IMG/VR virus record: IMGVR_UViG_3300036859_000186 | Span: 1-64,000 of that record | Source of the DNA: a virus | Strand: one strand, 5' to 3' | DNA: 64,000 nt | Shown: piece after piece, positions 9,846 through 18,386 of the stretch | Numbering within the stretch: position 1 is the first letter of the stretch | Layout of the letters: each line of letters opens with the position of its first letter | Position numbers and translations under genes: made by a program | The notes under the pieces: generated by a model | Database searches by the model: none | The model's input: only the letters and a program-made list of their open reading frames with translations | What the model was told of the DNA's origin: nothing

Positions 9846-10010
9846 CTAATAGGGTCTGTCAAGGCACCAGTCGTAATCTGGAGTCCACTTGTGGGTGTCG
9901 CTCCATTTCTTGGGTTTAGGACCGTAGTGTCGAGTCTTATAGACTTTTGAGCGTCCACACACAGGACACTCAAACACTTCGATCAAGCACCAATATTTAC
10001 GTTTCTTCAT
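9846..10010 (-). CDS. small zinc-ribbon protein
   Basis: CPVCG; overlaps upstream stop. Confidence 0.5.
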   Translation of the reverse strand: MKKRKYWCLIEVFECPVCGRSKVYKTRHYGPKPKKWSDTHKWTPDYDWCLDRPY

Positions 10011-10558
10011 ATGGAGTCCCTTTCGTAGACCGGCGGTGCCCACTCTCCGACACGCGCGGGCAGGCGCGAAATCGCGTCTTCCAAGGTTATCGGAGTGTAA
10101 TTGATCCGTTCGACGGAGACATTGTAATACGGACCGGCCGGTGAAGGCTTTTCGTGAATGTGACCATGCAGGTTGCCCCTAAATCGCCCCAATGAATCGG
10201 GATGAATAGGTGCATGGGTGAGCATGGTATTGTTGAGGACCCGCATACCGTAGATTTCCGAGAATCCGGCTGCAAGATAAAGTCGGGTGCGGAAGATGTC
10301 ATGGTTCCCTCGCACAAGGCGCTTGTGGCCGTGTAGACGCTTGCACAGAGGCAAAGCATTGGCGACCATAGCTACGTCGCCTAGATGGTAGACATGGTCC
10401 TGTGGGCGAACCACAGCGTTCCACCGCTCAATCATGTGCTCGTCCATCTCATGGACATCTTTGAAGCCAGGACGGACGTAGACGCCATGAGAGTTGTGGA
10501 ACTTGAGAATGTTGGCGTGCCCGAAGTGCGTATCGGACACGACCCAAACGGTTGGCAC
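10007..10558 (-). CDS. calcineurin-like metallophosphoesterase
   Basis: SDTHFGH, HLGDV, GNHD, HGHIH. Confidence 0.9.
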   Translation of the reverse strand: MPTVWVVSDTHFGHANILKFHNSHGVYVRPGFKDVHEMDEHMIERWNAVVRPQDHVYHLGDVAMVANALPLCKRLHGHKRLVRGNHDIFRTRLYLAAGFSEIYGMRVLNNTMLTHAPIHPDSLGRFRGNLHGHIHEKPSPAGPYYNVSVERINYTPITLEDAISRLPARVGEWAPPVYERDSI

Positions 10559-10577
10559 GAATTACTCCTAAAAAGTG

Positions 10578-10654
10578 TGGTAGCGGGTGCCGGAATCGAA
10601 CCGACCATACGTGGCTTATGAGACCACCGTGTCCACCATGTTCACCTACCCGCA
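10578..10654 (-). tRNA. tRNA with CAT anticodon (Met/fMet-like or Ile2)
   Basis: Cloverleaf; GTGGT-CTCATAA-GCCAC; TTCGATT T-loop; ACCA end; U1-U72 mismatch. Confidence 0.85.
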
Positions 10655-10658
10655 AAAA

Positions 10659-10753
10659 TGGCACGGATGAAAAGAGCAGCAGGGATGCGGGTTTGAACTG
10701 CGCGGCTTATGAGGCCGTTCAACCATGATAACCCTACAAAACGACCCGTGTCA
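10659..10753 (-). ncRNA. Y-RNA-like ncRNA copy 1 (carries CAU anticodon stem-loop)
   Basis: CACGGGT-CG...GTAGGG-TTATC...CCCTGC...ATCCGTG; apical CGGC-CTCATAA-GCCG. Confidence 0.65.
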
Positions 10754-10757
10754 AAAA

Positions 10758-10834
10758 TGGTGGAATCGACAGGAATTGAACCTGCAACCCCCTGCGTGCA
10801 AGGCAGGCGCTCTACCATGTTGAGCTATCCCCGC
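10758..10834 (-). pseudogene. tRNA-Ala(TGC)-like gene with defective acceptor stem
   Basis: Intact D, anticodon and T arms and ACCA, but 5' acceptor strand lacks about 3 nt. Confidence 0.7.
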
Positions 10835-10838
10835 AAAT

Positions 10839-10914
10839 TGGCCCAATCGGCACGGATTGAACGTGCGACCTCCGGCTCTTCAGACCAGCGCTCTACCAGC
10901 TGAGCTACGATTGG
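10839..10914 (-). tRNA. tRNA-Phe(GAA)
   Basis: CCAATCG/CGATTGG acceptor; CTGAAGA loop; CCA. Confidence 0.9.
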
Positions 10915-10920
10915 AAAGGC

Positions 10921-11004
10921 AACACGGACAAGTTGGGAATGAGGAAGTGGGAGCCATCACGCTTCCCTGTTTGCGATGATAATCCTCACTCATCGGCCCG
11001 TGCT
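10921..11004 (-). ncRNA. Y-RNA-like ncRNA copy 2
   Basis: GCACGGGC-C-GA...GAGTGAGGA-TTATC...TTCCTCATTC...CTT-GTCCGTGT. Confidence 0.7.
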
Positions 11005-11010
11005 TAAAGC

Positions 11011-11136
11011 TTTGCAGTCATCACCACGCGCTACCCATCCCGGAGTCCACTACTATGTAGTAGGTTACTGTTTCGTGCATACCGGGCTTTAAGATCGGGC
11101 CTACAAACCCTCAAGCCTTGTCCGTGTGACTGCAAA
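11011..11136 (-). ncRNA. unknown structured RNA inside tRNA cluster
   Basis: 10-bp perfect closing stem TTTGCAGTCA/TGACTGCAAA; inner CCGG and CTACTA/TAGTAG stems. Confidence 0.45.
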
Positions 11137-11137
11137 T

Positions 11138-11215
11138 TGGGTGCCCCCGGCTAGATTCGAACTAGCACTGAACCGCTTCTGAGGCGGATATCTCTGCCAT
11201 TTGGATTACAGGGGC
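11138..11215 (-). tRNA. tRNA-Leu(CAG) with short variable loop
   Basis: GCCCCTG/CGGGGGC acceptor, A73; CCGC-CTCAGAA-GCGG; TTCGAAT; ends ACCCA. Confidence 0.8.
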
Positions 11216-11257
11216 ATACGTAGGCGTTTGATCGGGTCTTTGTGTGGCATATATAGT

Positions 11258-11332
11258 TGGCTATGGCGGATGGAATCGAACCATCATTACAGGATTCAGA
11301 GTCCTGAGTCCTACCAGTTGAACGACGCCACA
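11258..11332 (-). tRNA. tRNA-Gln(CTG)
   Basis: TGTGGCG/CGCCATA, G73, CCA; CAGGA-CTCTGAA-TCCTG. Confidence 0.92.
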
Positions 11333-11333
11333 A

Positions 11334-11408
11334 TGGAAGGCGGTGCTGGGATCGAACCAGCCTTAGATGTTTTGCAGACACCCGTCTCAACCGACTGACT
11401 CACTGCCC
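11334..11408 (-). tRNA. tRNA-Cys(GCA)
   Basis: GGTGT-CTGCAAA-ACATC; U73; CCA. Confidence 0.88.
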
Positions 11409-11725
11409 GAATTTGAGGCCCACGACGTTACGGTCTGACGAGTAGAAGAGACGTAAACTTCGATGTGCTGTTGAAACTTTTGACCCCACTTCAATGGAAT
11501 CGGGGGCTTGGCTTTGAAAGCTTCAATAAGGCGGTTGGCTGCCGCAAGCGTCTCAACACGCTTACACTGGATGAACATTACCGGGTCAGAGCCCAGCGGG
11601 ACAACTATAAGATCGAAGGGGCCGTGACTTCCTGCAGTGCGAAGGACCTCATAGGCATGATTGCGCCAGAATTTCATTCTAGCATATTCATAAGCCCTGC
11701 CTCTGTTATAGTTCTTATTTGGCAT
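11387..11725 (-). CDS. archaeal-type (Hjc-like) Holliday junction resolvase
   Basis: GRAYE, RTAGSHGPFDLI, IQCK. Confidence 0.8.
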   Translation of the reverse strand: MPNKNYNRGRAYEYARMKFWRNHAYEVLRTAGSHGPFDLIVVPLGSDPVMFIQCKRVETLAAANRLIEAFKAKPPIPLKWGQKFQQHIEVYVSSTRQTVTSWASNSGSESVG

Positions 11726-11740
11726 TTAGAAGTCCTGTCG

Positions 11741-11968
11741 TCATATGACCTCCTGTCCATGCGATTGCTCAGGAGACCACCCACAAAGTAGGCAGTAGGT
11801 GGTGTCTTGGAAGACATGGCTACAACGCACTGCACGTTGTAGTTTCAGGTGCCGTTCATAGGCAGCCCTTGAAGGGAATGCCTCTCGTGGCAGATCTAGG
11901 ATCTTACGTCTAGATCCCGAAGCCGTAGCCTTCTTCTTGTTCTTTGATAGAGCGATCTTTGCGCTCGT
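11741..11968 (-). CDS. small basic Zn-binding protein, possible ACG start
   Basis: CSH...CLLCG; ACG at 11968 preceded by GGAAG. Confidence 0.35.
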   Translation of the reverse strand, partial: TSAKIALSKNKKKATASGSRRKILDLPREAFPSRAAYERHLKLQRAVRCSHVFQDTTYCLLCGWSPEQSHGQEVI

Positions 11969-13157
11969 GGCGTTCGGCTTCCATCGGGTGGTGGCTTTCT
12001 CGCCAGTTGTATCCGAGAGCCAGTGGGTTATCTGAGTTACTGAAGCAGAGCGACCTGTAGGCACAGGGGTTGCCGAACGCCGGGTAGCACTGCTCGAACT
12101 TCTGCGGGAAGTAGGCGTCGAGACCTGCTGCCCGTGTTTCCTTGTCGTCGATTTCATAGGTTCCCTCAATCAGGAACATGCCCATCTGGATTTCTCGTTC
12201 CCGGATGGCGCGCTGATTAAAGAAGGCGTTGACTAGGTCTTCGTTAATGAATATCGGCGCGGTTCTGGGGAATTGCTCGACAAGGGTATTGTCTGGCATA
12301 TTGGCGACCCATTCACGAACTCCACCTTCCATTTCCCATACAGGTGCCCGTTTGAATCCTGGAGCGTAATCGTAGCGCACTTCTCCTGAGATAAAAGGAG
12401 GTTGAGCAGAGCGTGCGTAACCGTAACAGAAAGGACTTGACTGTTTTCCATATGACTCATAGCCTTTGTAGAGGCCCTGAACAATGACTGCGGCTACGGG
12501 CTGGCCGAGCTTCGCTTCGATGGCCTTAATGGAGGAGTGGACCTGCACCGCAGTGTTCCACGAGTTGATCCACTTGTCCTTCTTGGACATAGTGGACTTG
12601 TATTCGATGTAGAAGGCATCCCCGTCTCTGCCTAGCACCAAGTCGGGCTTCGACATGAATCTTATACCGTCATGGTCGTAGGTAAGCTCCTGCTCGATGA
12701 GCAGAATCTCCGGGTATTCCGCGATGAGGGCGGGCCAGACAGCCTTATGGAACCCTCGAACAAGCCCCTCAACAAGAGTAGACTGTTCCTTCGCAAAAAC
12801 GATGGTTTCGAACTCGTCGCCAGTATCACCCGATGTGATTTGATTGGCGATAGAGTCATACATGTGCTTTCGGGCGGCATCAGCGATAGCGTCGATGTCG
12901 ATCCCACCTTCCTTGTGTTGGAAGGCAATGGCTGCAAGGGCATCATGAATGGCAGTGCCCATGTAGAGATAGAAGTCGGTGGATTCTGGCACGACACCGC
13001 GACCACCAAACTCGTAGTTCCAGTAACGCTTGCGTGGACACGACCAGTCCGTAGTAGAGCGGGTTCGGTCATACAGGAGAAGTTCGTGAACCGATGGGGT
13101 GTTCTGCTGTTGAATTATGGCAGCAGGGACAAAATGCGCGTCGTTTTTCTCGGACAT
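11910..13157 (-). CDS. Cas4-like PD-(D/E)XK nuclease
   Basis: CPRK, GTAIH, KPDL, IEYKS, C-terminal Cys cluster. Confidence 0.85.
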   Translation of the reverse strand: MSEKNDAHFVPAAIIQQQNTPSVHELLLYDRTRSTTDWSCPRKRYWNYEFGGRGVVPESTDFYLYMGTAIHDALAAIAFQHKEGGIDIDAIADAARKHMYDSIANQITSGDTGDEFETIVFAKEQSTLVEGLVRGFHKAVWPALIAEYPEILLIEQELTYDHDGIRFMSKPDLVLGRDGDAFYIEYKSTMSKKDKWINSWNTAVQVHSSIKAIEAKLGQPVAAVIVQGLYKGYESYGKQSSPFCYGYARSAQPPFISGEVRYDYAPGFKRAPVWEMEGGVREWVANMPDNTLVEQFPRTAPIFINEDLVNAFFNQRAIREREIQMGMFLIEGTYEIDDKETRAAGLDAYFPQKFEQCYPAFGNPCAYRSLCFSNSDNPLALGYNWRESHHPMEAERHERKDRSIKEQEEGYGFGI

Positions 13158-13320
13158 CTTAAGCGGGCCTCGTAGGCGGTTCCCAGGGAATTGACACGAT
13201 AAACAGTGCAATTGTAACAACGGTAAGGACGATTAGAACCATGAGTTCCTTCTAGGAACCGAAAGGTTCCTTGTAAACGGCCGGTGACGCCCGGTCGTGG
13301 GACGGTTGTTGTGTTGAGGA

Positions 13321-13384
13321 AGCTTAGCACAAACGGCCCAAGAATGTCAAGTCCTTGACATACAGGCGGTTACCATGCTATGAT
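13321..13384. promoter_or_regulatory. back-to-back divergent sigma70-type promoters
   Basis: TGTCAA-GTCC-TTGACA; + strand TTGACA-18-TATGAT, - strand TTGACA-18-TAAGCT, both with TG extension. Confidence 0.7.
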
Positions 13385-13452
13385 CCTGCCCTAACTGCGG
13401 AAACCTCACCCACTAAGGGTGGCTCTTAAGGGTTAGTCTCCCTGGAGGGAGC

Positions 13453-14445
13453 ATGAACCTGTTTGATACGAACGCATCACCAATTCCTCCTCTAGAAAAG
13501 GTTGGAACACCTATCACTGCCCCTATCGAAGAGGGGCCTGTAGACTTAATTCCTGGACTGCTGCCACGAAAGGGCCAGCTCGTTATTGCGGGTGAGACCA
13601 ACGTAGGTAAGTCCCTCGTCGCTCTCGAAATTTGCTCCGCCCTGATTACTGGCGGGCCGCTCTGGGGTGAACTTCAACCGACCGCCCAGGCAAAGAAGAT
13701 CCTCTACATTCTTGGGGAGCACTACAACGAGGTCATTCAGAGATTGTGGCAGTATACTCACCTGCCTATGACGGACCAAGTATATCTCATCGGTCCTGAG
13801 CAGCTCGGATACGACAAGTGGCTGGTCGTCAATGGACGACCGAACCCTACGGGCATAAACAAGCTGACGCGATGGTCTGAGGGCGTTGATTTGGTGGTGT
13901 TTGACCCACTCGCGGCCTTCGTTTCTGGGGTCGATACCGAGAATGACAATATCACAATGCGTCTTGTCCTCGACAGCATGAGCGTCATCACGCAGAGGAC
14001 TGGGGCGAGCTGCCTTATCCTTGCACATCAGGGTAAGCCAATGATGGACAAGTTTGGAGCAGAGCATTCCCGCAAGAGCTACGCTATCAGGGGGGCCAGC
14101 GGTATCGAGGATGCGGCCACGAACATCTTCTATCTCAGCATGGCTGAGAAGGGGTCGTCGCAGGCCGCTCAGGAAACGGCTGACACCAAGATTCTCTCGC
14201 TCAGGTGCCGCAAGTATAAGGGGCTTGCTCCAGAGGAATACAAGCTCTCTCGGGACGAGAACACGTTGGTTCATACGCTCCTCGGCAACCGGCCTCACAC
14301 TGAAGTGCGGGCGATGGAAACGAAGAACAAATCAGGAAGGCTTCAGGCCGCGTTCCCTGAGATGAAGACCTCTGAGATCATCAAGATCTTGGCGGCAATC
14401 AACAACCAGTCAGACAATACAATCAGAAGCTACCTTGCCTCGTAA
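13453..14445 (+). CDS. RepA/AAA_25-type helicase
   Basis: GETNVGKS Walker A; VVFDP Walker B; LAHQGK, RGASG. Confidence 0.8.
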   Translation: MNLFDTNASPIPPLEKVGTPITAPIEEGPVDLIPGLLPRKGQLVIAGETNVGKSLVALEICSALITGGPLWGELQPTAQAKKILYILGEHYNEVIQRLWQYTHLPMTDQVYLIGPEQLGYDKWLVVNGRPNPTGINKLTRWSEGVDLVVFDPLAAFVSGVDTENDNITMRLVLDSMSVITQRTGASCLILAHQGKPMMDKFGAEHSRKSYAIRGASGIEDAATNIFYLSMAEKGSSQAAQETADTKILSLRCRKYKGLAPEEYKLSRDENTLVHTLLGNRPHTEVRAMETKNKSGRLQAAFPEMKTSEIIKILAAINNQSDNTIRSYLAS

Positions 14446-14462
14446 GGCGAGGCAGTAAGAAC

Positions 14463-14494
14463 AAGGCTCCACTCGAAAGGGTGGGGCCTTTTTT
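14463..14494 (+). terminator. intrinsic terminator
   Basis: AAGGCTCCAC...GTGGGGCCTT hairpin followed by T run. Confidence 0.8.
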
Positions 14495-14870
14495 ATTTCA
14501 TAGGGTTTGTCACGTTGATCCACTCGCCTTCGCTGCTACCGACAAATATCGGACCTCCATAAGGCTGGAAGCGTTGGGTGATGAAACAGTAGCGACACCA
14601 ACGTTTCTGTTGTGGGTTAGATTGACTTGTGGTGTAGTGCCAGGTGTGCCAATCAAGGAAACGGCAGGCAAACCAGCGCAAGAAGTCGAACATATAGGAA
14701 ACCTCGTGTATTTCATCGGATGCACTCCGTCCGGGGAGGAGGGGGCGTGTCGGTGGACGCCCCTCCAAGACGAGACCAATAGTGTGCACAGAATAGCAAG
14801 AAAAACTCAAAGTTCCCCTTACTTATAAGGGGATCAAAGATTGAGTTTTTAGTATTTGCAAGATAAGAAC

Positions 14871-14899
14871 TTGCGTAATAGCTCGTTCTATGTTATCTT
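14871..14899 (+). promoter_or_regulatory. promoter for endonuclease VII gene (leaderless)
   Basis: TTGCGT-17-TATCTT with TG; ATG begins 7 nt after the -10. Confidence 0.5.
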
Positions 14900-14905
14900 T
14901 GCAAG

Positions 14906-15316
14906 ATGAGAATAGCAAAGAATCCAGCGTATTTGAAGAACCCTGAAGCCTACAACCGACGGGCCAAGGCTTGGAGGGAGGCTAACAAGGAACGCCACGA
15001 CTTTTTAAAGAAGAGGTGGGCCGTTAACAATGTTGATAAAGTTAAAGCTTATCAAGCAGAGGCTCGATGGAAGCGTCATGGGATCGTTGGAGCAACTATA
15101 GAGGTCTATAGGAAACTCCAAGTAGAACAAAAGGACTGTTGTGCCATCTGCATAAAGCCTCGTGTGGAACGAGCCCGAGCACTAGCTCTCGATCACAACC
15201 ATGAGACAGGCAAGATTCGTGGGCTCCTCTGTCAATCTTGCAACTACCGTATTGGAATTATTGAGCAATTCAGACGAGATAACTTGCTTGACAAGGTGTT
15301 GGACTACATTCAGTAG
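14906..15316 (+). CDS. endonuclease VII-family homing endonuclease
   Basis: CAIC...LDHNHETGKIRGLLCQSCN. Confidence 0.9.
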   Translation: MRIAKNPAYLKNPEAYNRRAKAWREANKERHDFLKKRWAVNNVDKVKAYQAEARWKRHGIVGATIEVYRKLQVEQKDCCAICIKPRVERARALALDHNHETGKIRGLLCQSCNYRIGIIEQFRRDNLLDKVLDYIQ

Positions 15317-15417
15317 GCAGGAGGGAGGGATGGGCAGGCATCCCTCCCCTCTTTGGGAGGTTCCCTAGTCCAGAACCTAGCGGAGAGCGCCTTAGGGCGG
15401 GTTTCTCTAGCTGGTGT

Positions 15418-15759
15418 TCAGGTCCTCAACCAAATCCAACCTAAGCGGTCACGATAGAAGGTTTGGGCACACGCACGCACGAACCTCTGGCAGTCTTCGC
15501 AAGGACGCGCGGTCACAGTGCTCTTCGACTTACGCCTTAGGGCAGCCACATACAAGGTGGCGTTCTTCAGGCGTCTAGGGTTCGCGCGGGAGAATGCGTG
15601 TGCCTCCGCGTGCATGCCTAGGCCATTTGAGCCCATGTGGTTGTGGCCCCAGGCAAAAATACCATGCTTATCTGCAAGCACTGCACCCACTTGAACAGCA
15701 CAAGTTGAGCGGGAAGCAATTGCAATAGCAAGTTCTCGTGGGTCTTCAGGTTTTCGCAT
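15418..15759 (-). CDS. dCMP/cytidine deaminase-like protein
   Basis: QVGAVL, HAE, PCEDC. Confidence 0.85.
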   Translation of the reverse strand: MRKPEDPRELAIAIASRSTCAVQVGAVLADKHGIFAWGHNHMGSNGLGMHAEAHAFSRANPRRLKNATLYVAALRRKSKSTVTARPCEDCQRFVRACAQTFYRDRLGWIWLRT

Positions 15760-16159
15760 GAGTATTCCTAGGTCTTCGTTTGACTCCAGAACGCCCCAAA
15801 GCAAGTATTTCTTTAGCACGTTCTTGCCGTCTATGACTAAGCCAAGGCCACATGTAAGCTATTACAGCTTGGACATACTCAAAGCTGGTTACTCGCCAAG
15901 CCCATTGGGATTTTCTGGTTTTGATTGTTTCGTAGCTATAAATTCGAGGGGGTCGGTAGTAGATATTTCCACAACCAAGGATATGCTGAAGTCTAATGAG
16001 CAAATCTTTGTCAGACAACTGCATACCCAAGCTTACACCCTTGCCTTGGACACTAAACCATCCTTCACCTTCGAATAAGCCAGCGGCCCAAATGACATCC
16101 TCTCTTGAGGAGAAAGGCTTAACAGCATCTAGTATAACTGAGTTCGTGTCTATTTCCAT
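15746..16159 (-). CDS. LAGLIDADG homing endonuclease
   Basis: WAAGLFEGEG. Confidence 0.85.
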   Translation of the reverse strand: MEIDTNSVILDAVKPFSSREDVIWAAGLFEGEGWFSVQGKGVSLGMQLSDKDLLIRLQHILGCGNIYYRPPRIYSYETIKTRKSQWAWRVTSFEYVQAVIAYMWPWLSHRRQERAKEILALGRSGVKRRPRNTHAKT

Positions 16160-16166
16160 AGATCAG

Positions 16167-16195
16167 ACTCTATCATACTAAGATTTAATTGTCAA
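16167..16195 (-). promoter_or_regulatory. promoter for LAGLIDADG gene (near-leaderless)
   Basis: TTGACA-17-TAGAGT with TG; ATG begins 8 nt after the -10. Confidence 0.55.
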
Positions 16196-16209
16196 TGGCC
16201 CCAATTAAA

Positions 16210-16656
16210 CTACCATCGCTCCCACCCAGGTAGCTGAATTTCGGTGTGGCACTTTGGGCACTGGTTCATGGGCCAGCCACCCTTGACTTGATTATCACGG
16301 GTGAATTCGAACTTCATGCCGCAAGGACATTGAACAATGGACAGCTCCATGTTCATTTCCTGAACGAGTTTGATGCACTTCGCGGCCATGGCCTTGTCGT
16401 AGCAGATGACAATAGGCTTTTCCAGGCCCTTGTCGGGGTCAGGTCCTACAAACCACCCTTCCCAGACACCGTAATACATCTGGCTGCCACATGAGCCACA
16501 CATGTGGCGAGTTTGGGGGTCATGGAAGCCGTCATAGTAGCCCTGAGCATCAAGGTAGCAGCTGCGGCCGCAATGCCTACACTCCACGAGATACTTGTCT
16601 CGCTCCTTTTCAATGAAGCGGGTGACTAGGCTGCCTCTTTTCTCTGTCCAAATCAT
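16210..16656 (-). CDS. Cys-rich Zn-binding hypothetical protein
   Basis: Several CxxC pairs. Confidence 0.6.
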   Translation of the reverse strand: MIWTEKRGSLVTRFIEKERDKYLVECRHCGRSCYLDAQGYYDGFHDPQTRHMCGSCGSQMYYGVWEGWFVGPDPDKGLEKPIVICYDKAMAAKCIKLVQEMNMELSIVQCPCGMKFEFTRDNQVKGGWPMNQCPKCHTEIQLPGWERW

Positions 16657-17189
16657 GACTAGCCTCCCAATGCGTCGTTCATCAGGTCCTTCAGGTCCTG
16701 CTCATACTGAGGGTCCATCGTCCTTCTCCGTTCTTATAGGGCGGACTATGCCCTTTAGTCGTATCGGCGGGTCAGACGGTCGAGGTCGTCGATGTCGTAG
16801 CCCGCGTTGCCGGAAGAGACTTCGAGTTCGGTGAGGCGCTCTTCGATCCGCTCCAGCGTGTCCAAGATGTCAGAGAACATCTTCAGGACTTCCGTCTCTT
16901 GAACCGTGGAAGTTGATGATTCCGTCTGACTCGATTGGATCGGGGTCTCGGGGAGGAGCGGGGATGTGTCTTTCAGCTTGTCGGTCATGGATGCGTCTCC
17001 GAATATCTTCTTTCTTGATGAGTGGAACGAGGTGGTAGACAGCCAGGGATGTGACTTCCTGACCTTGTTCTTCGAGGCGTTTCTTAGCACGACGGATCAG
17101 GTCATCGTAGTCAAGCATCATAGGATCGCGCCACTTGCTCTCCTTCTGGCGCTTCTTGTGCTTTCCTTTCTTACCCATTGTCGGCCACC

Positions 17190-17417
17190 TTATCTGAGAA
17201 CTGCGCCTACGACTGTGCCGGTTGCGGCTGCCAGTGCGTAGAGAACGCCCATCTTCCACGACTTGTGGTTGTCGATACGGAATCCCATATTGACCCACCA
17301 CAGACACTGCTGAACGATGGACGCGACGAAAACCAGCTCCAGATGCCCCGTTGCGATAGCCTTAATACCGAGGCCGACGCAAATCTGTTGGCAGAACACC
17401 AGGAATAGCATGAACAT
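17190..17417 (-). CDS. small membrane protein
   Basis: Three hydrophobic segments. Confidence 0.5.
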   Translation of the reverse strand: MFMLFLVFCQQICVGLGIKAIATGHLELVFVASIVQQCLWWVNMGFRIDNHKSWKMGVLYALAAATGTVVGAVLR

Positions 17418-17804
17418 TAACGCTAAGCGATCCTTTCCCTAGATGAGGATGCGTTGCCTATCATTTCCAGGGTGAACCTCAGGGAGAGCTTGCTCAAGCA
17501 GCCGTTGGAGGACATCCCAATCAATCAAGTGGGGCTCAACGGCGATGTTGACCTTACGGGGCTCACGTTCACCCTCGTTAAGGACTGCCGCTCTCACGAT
17601 GAGGGCAACGATTGTTTGTTTCACGGAATGATCTCCATCCTTGCCACTTGTGGCACGGTCATCGTGGCATTACCGCCTCCGGCATATTCGAATACGAGCC
17701 GCTGGACTTGTGTGTTACGCACCCCCTTTACAGCGATGCTAACAATGTCGTAGAACACGTCGATGTGACCGTTCCGGTGAGTGACAAGTATGGTCATGAT
17801 CGTA

Positions 17805-18386
17805 TCACTCCATGATGAAAACGTCAATACGCAGGCCGGACCAGTTGAACTTGACCCGGTGAGCGTATCGGGAATCCTCGGCAGGCTCTGGATAGTCAGG
17901 GATTTTATCCTGAACGATCTCCATACGCCCACGATGATCAGGTGCGTTTCTCCACTCAACGACAGCTTGAGCACCTTCGCCTCCTGCCGCAGCCCACTGC
18001 ACAAACTGGTTACGTCCTATGTGCTGGCGTTCGCCGTTGACAATGATAAACTGTGCAGCGCCTGCCGGTGGAAGAGGAGGGGCTTCGTCGTGGACCAATA
18101 CTCTTGGGTCTCTTTCTTTCTTCTCAGGCCGAGGGGGGCCAATCTCTTCACATGTGCCCCAAGTGTCCTTGAGGAAGGACAACATGCCATCGCAGTCGGT
18201 CTTGAACTTTTGCGACTCGAGAGGAAGGAAGTAGAGATCGAGATCCTTGCCAGACTTTCCGTTGTTGAGGACACCGCCGCCAAGGGCTAGATGGTAGCCG
18301 TAAGACCTCGTATGGGGCTGTATGCCACGAATGAGAGGGAGGGCATCTTCCAGTGTCCAGTAAGGGTCCAGTGAAAGTGTAGACAT
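17805..18386 (-). CDS. Pol-beta-like nucleotidyltransferase-fold protein
   Basis: LGGGVL...KDLDL...RIDVF. Confidence 0.6.
   Translation of the reverse strand: MSTLSLDPYWTLEDALPLIRGIQPHTRSYGYHLALGGGVLNNGKSGKDLDLYFLPLESQKFKTDCDGMLSFLKDTWGTCEEIGPPRPEKKERDPRVLVHDEAPPLPPAGAAQFIIVNGERQHIGRNQFVQWAAAGGEGAQAVVEWRNAPDHRGRMEIVQDKIPDYPEPAEDSRYAHRVKFNWSGLRIDVFIME

Noticed and set aside
11011-11136. Hammerhead ribozyme or 6S RNA
   Set aside because: CGAAAC is present but no CUGANGA core; shorter than typical 6S RNA and not diagnosable by eye
11910-13157. CRISPR-Cas system from the Cas4-like gene
   Set aside because: No repeat-spacer array or other cas genes seen; stand-alone Cas4-like nucleases are common in phages
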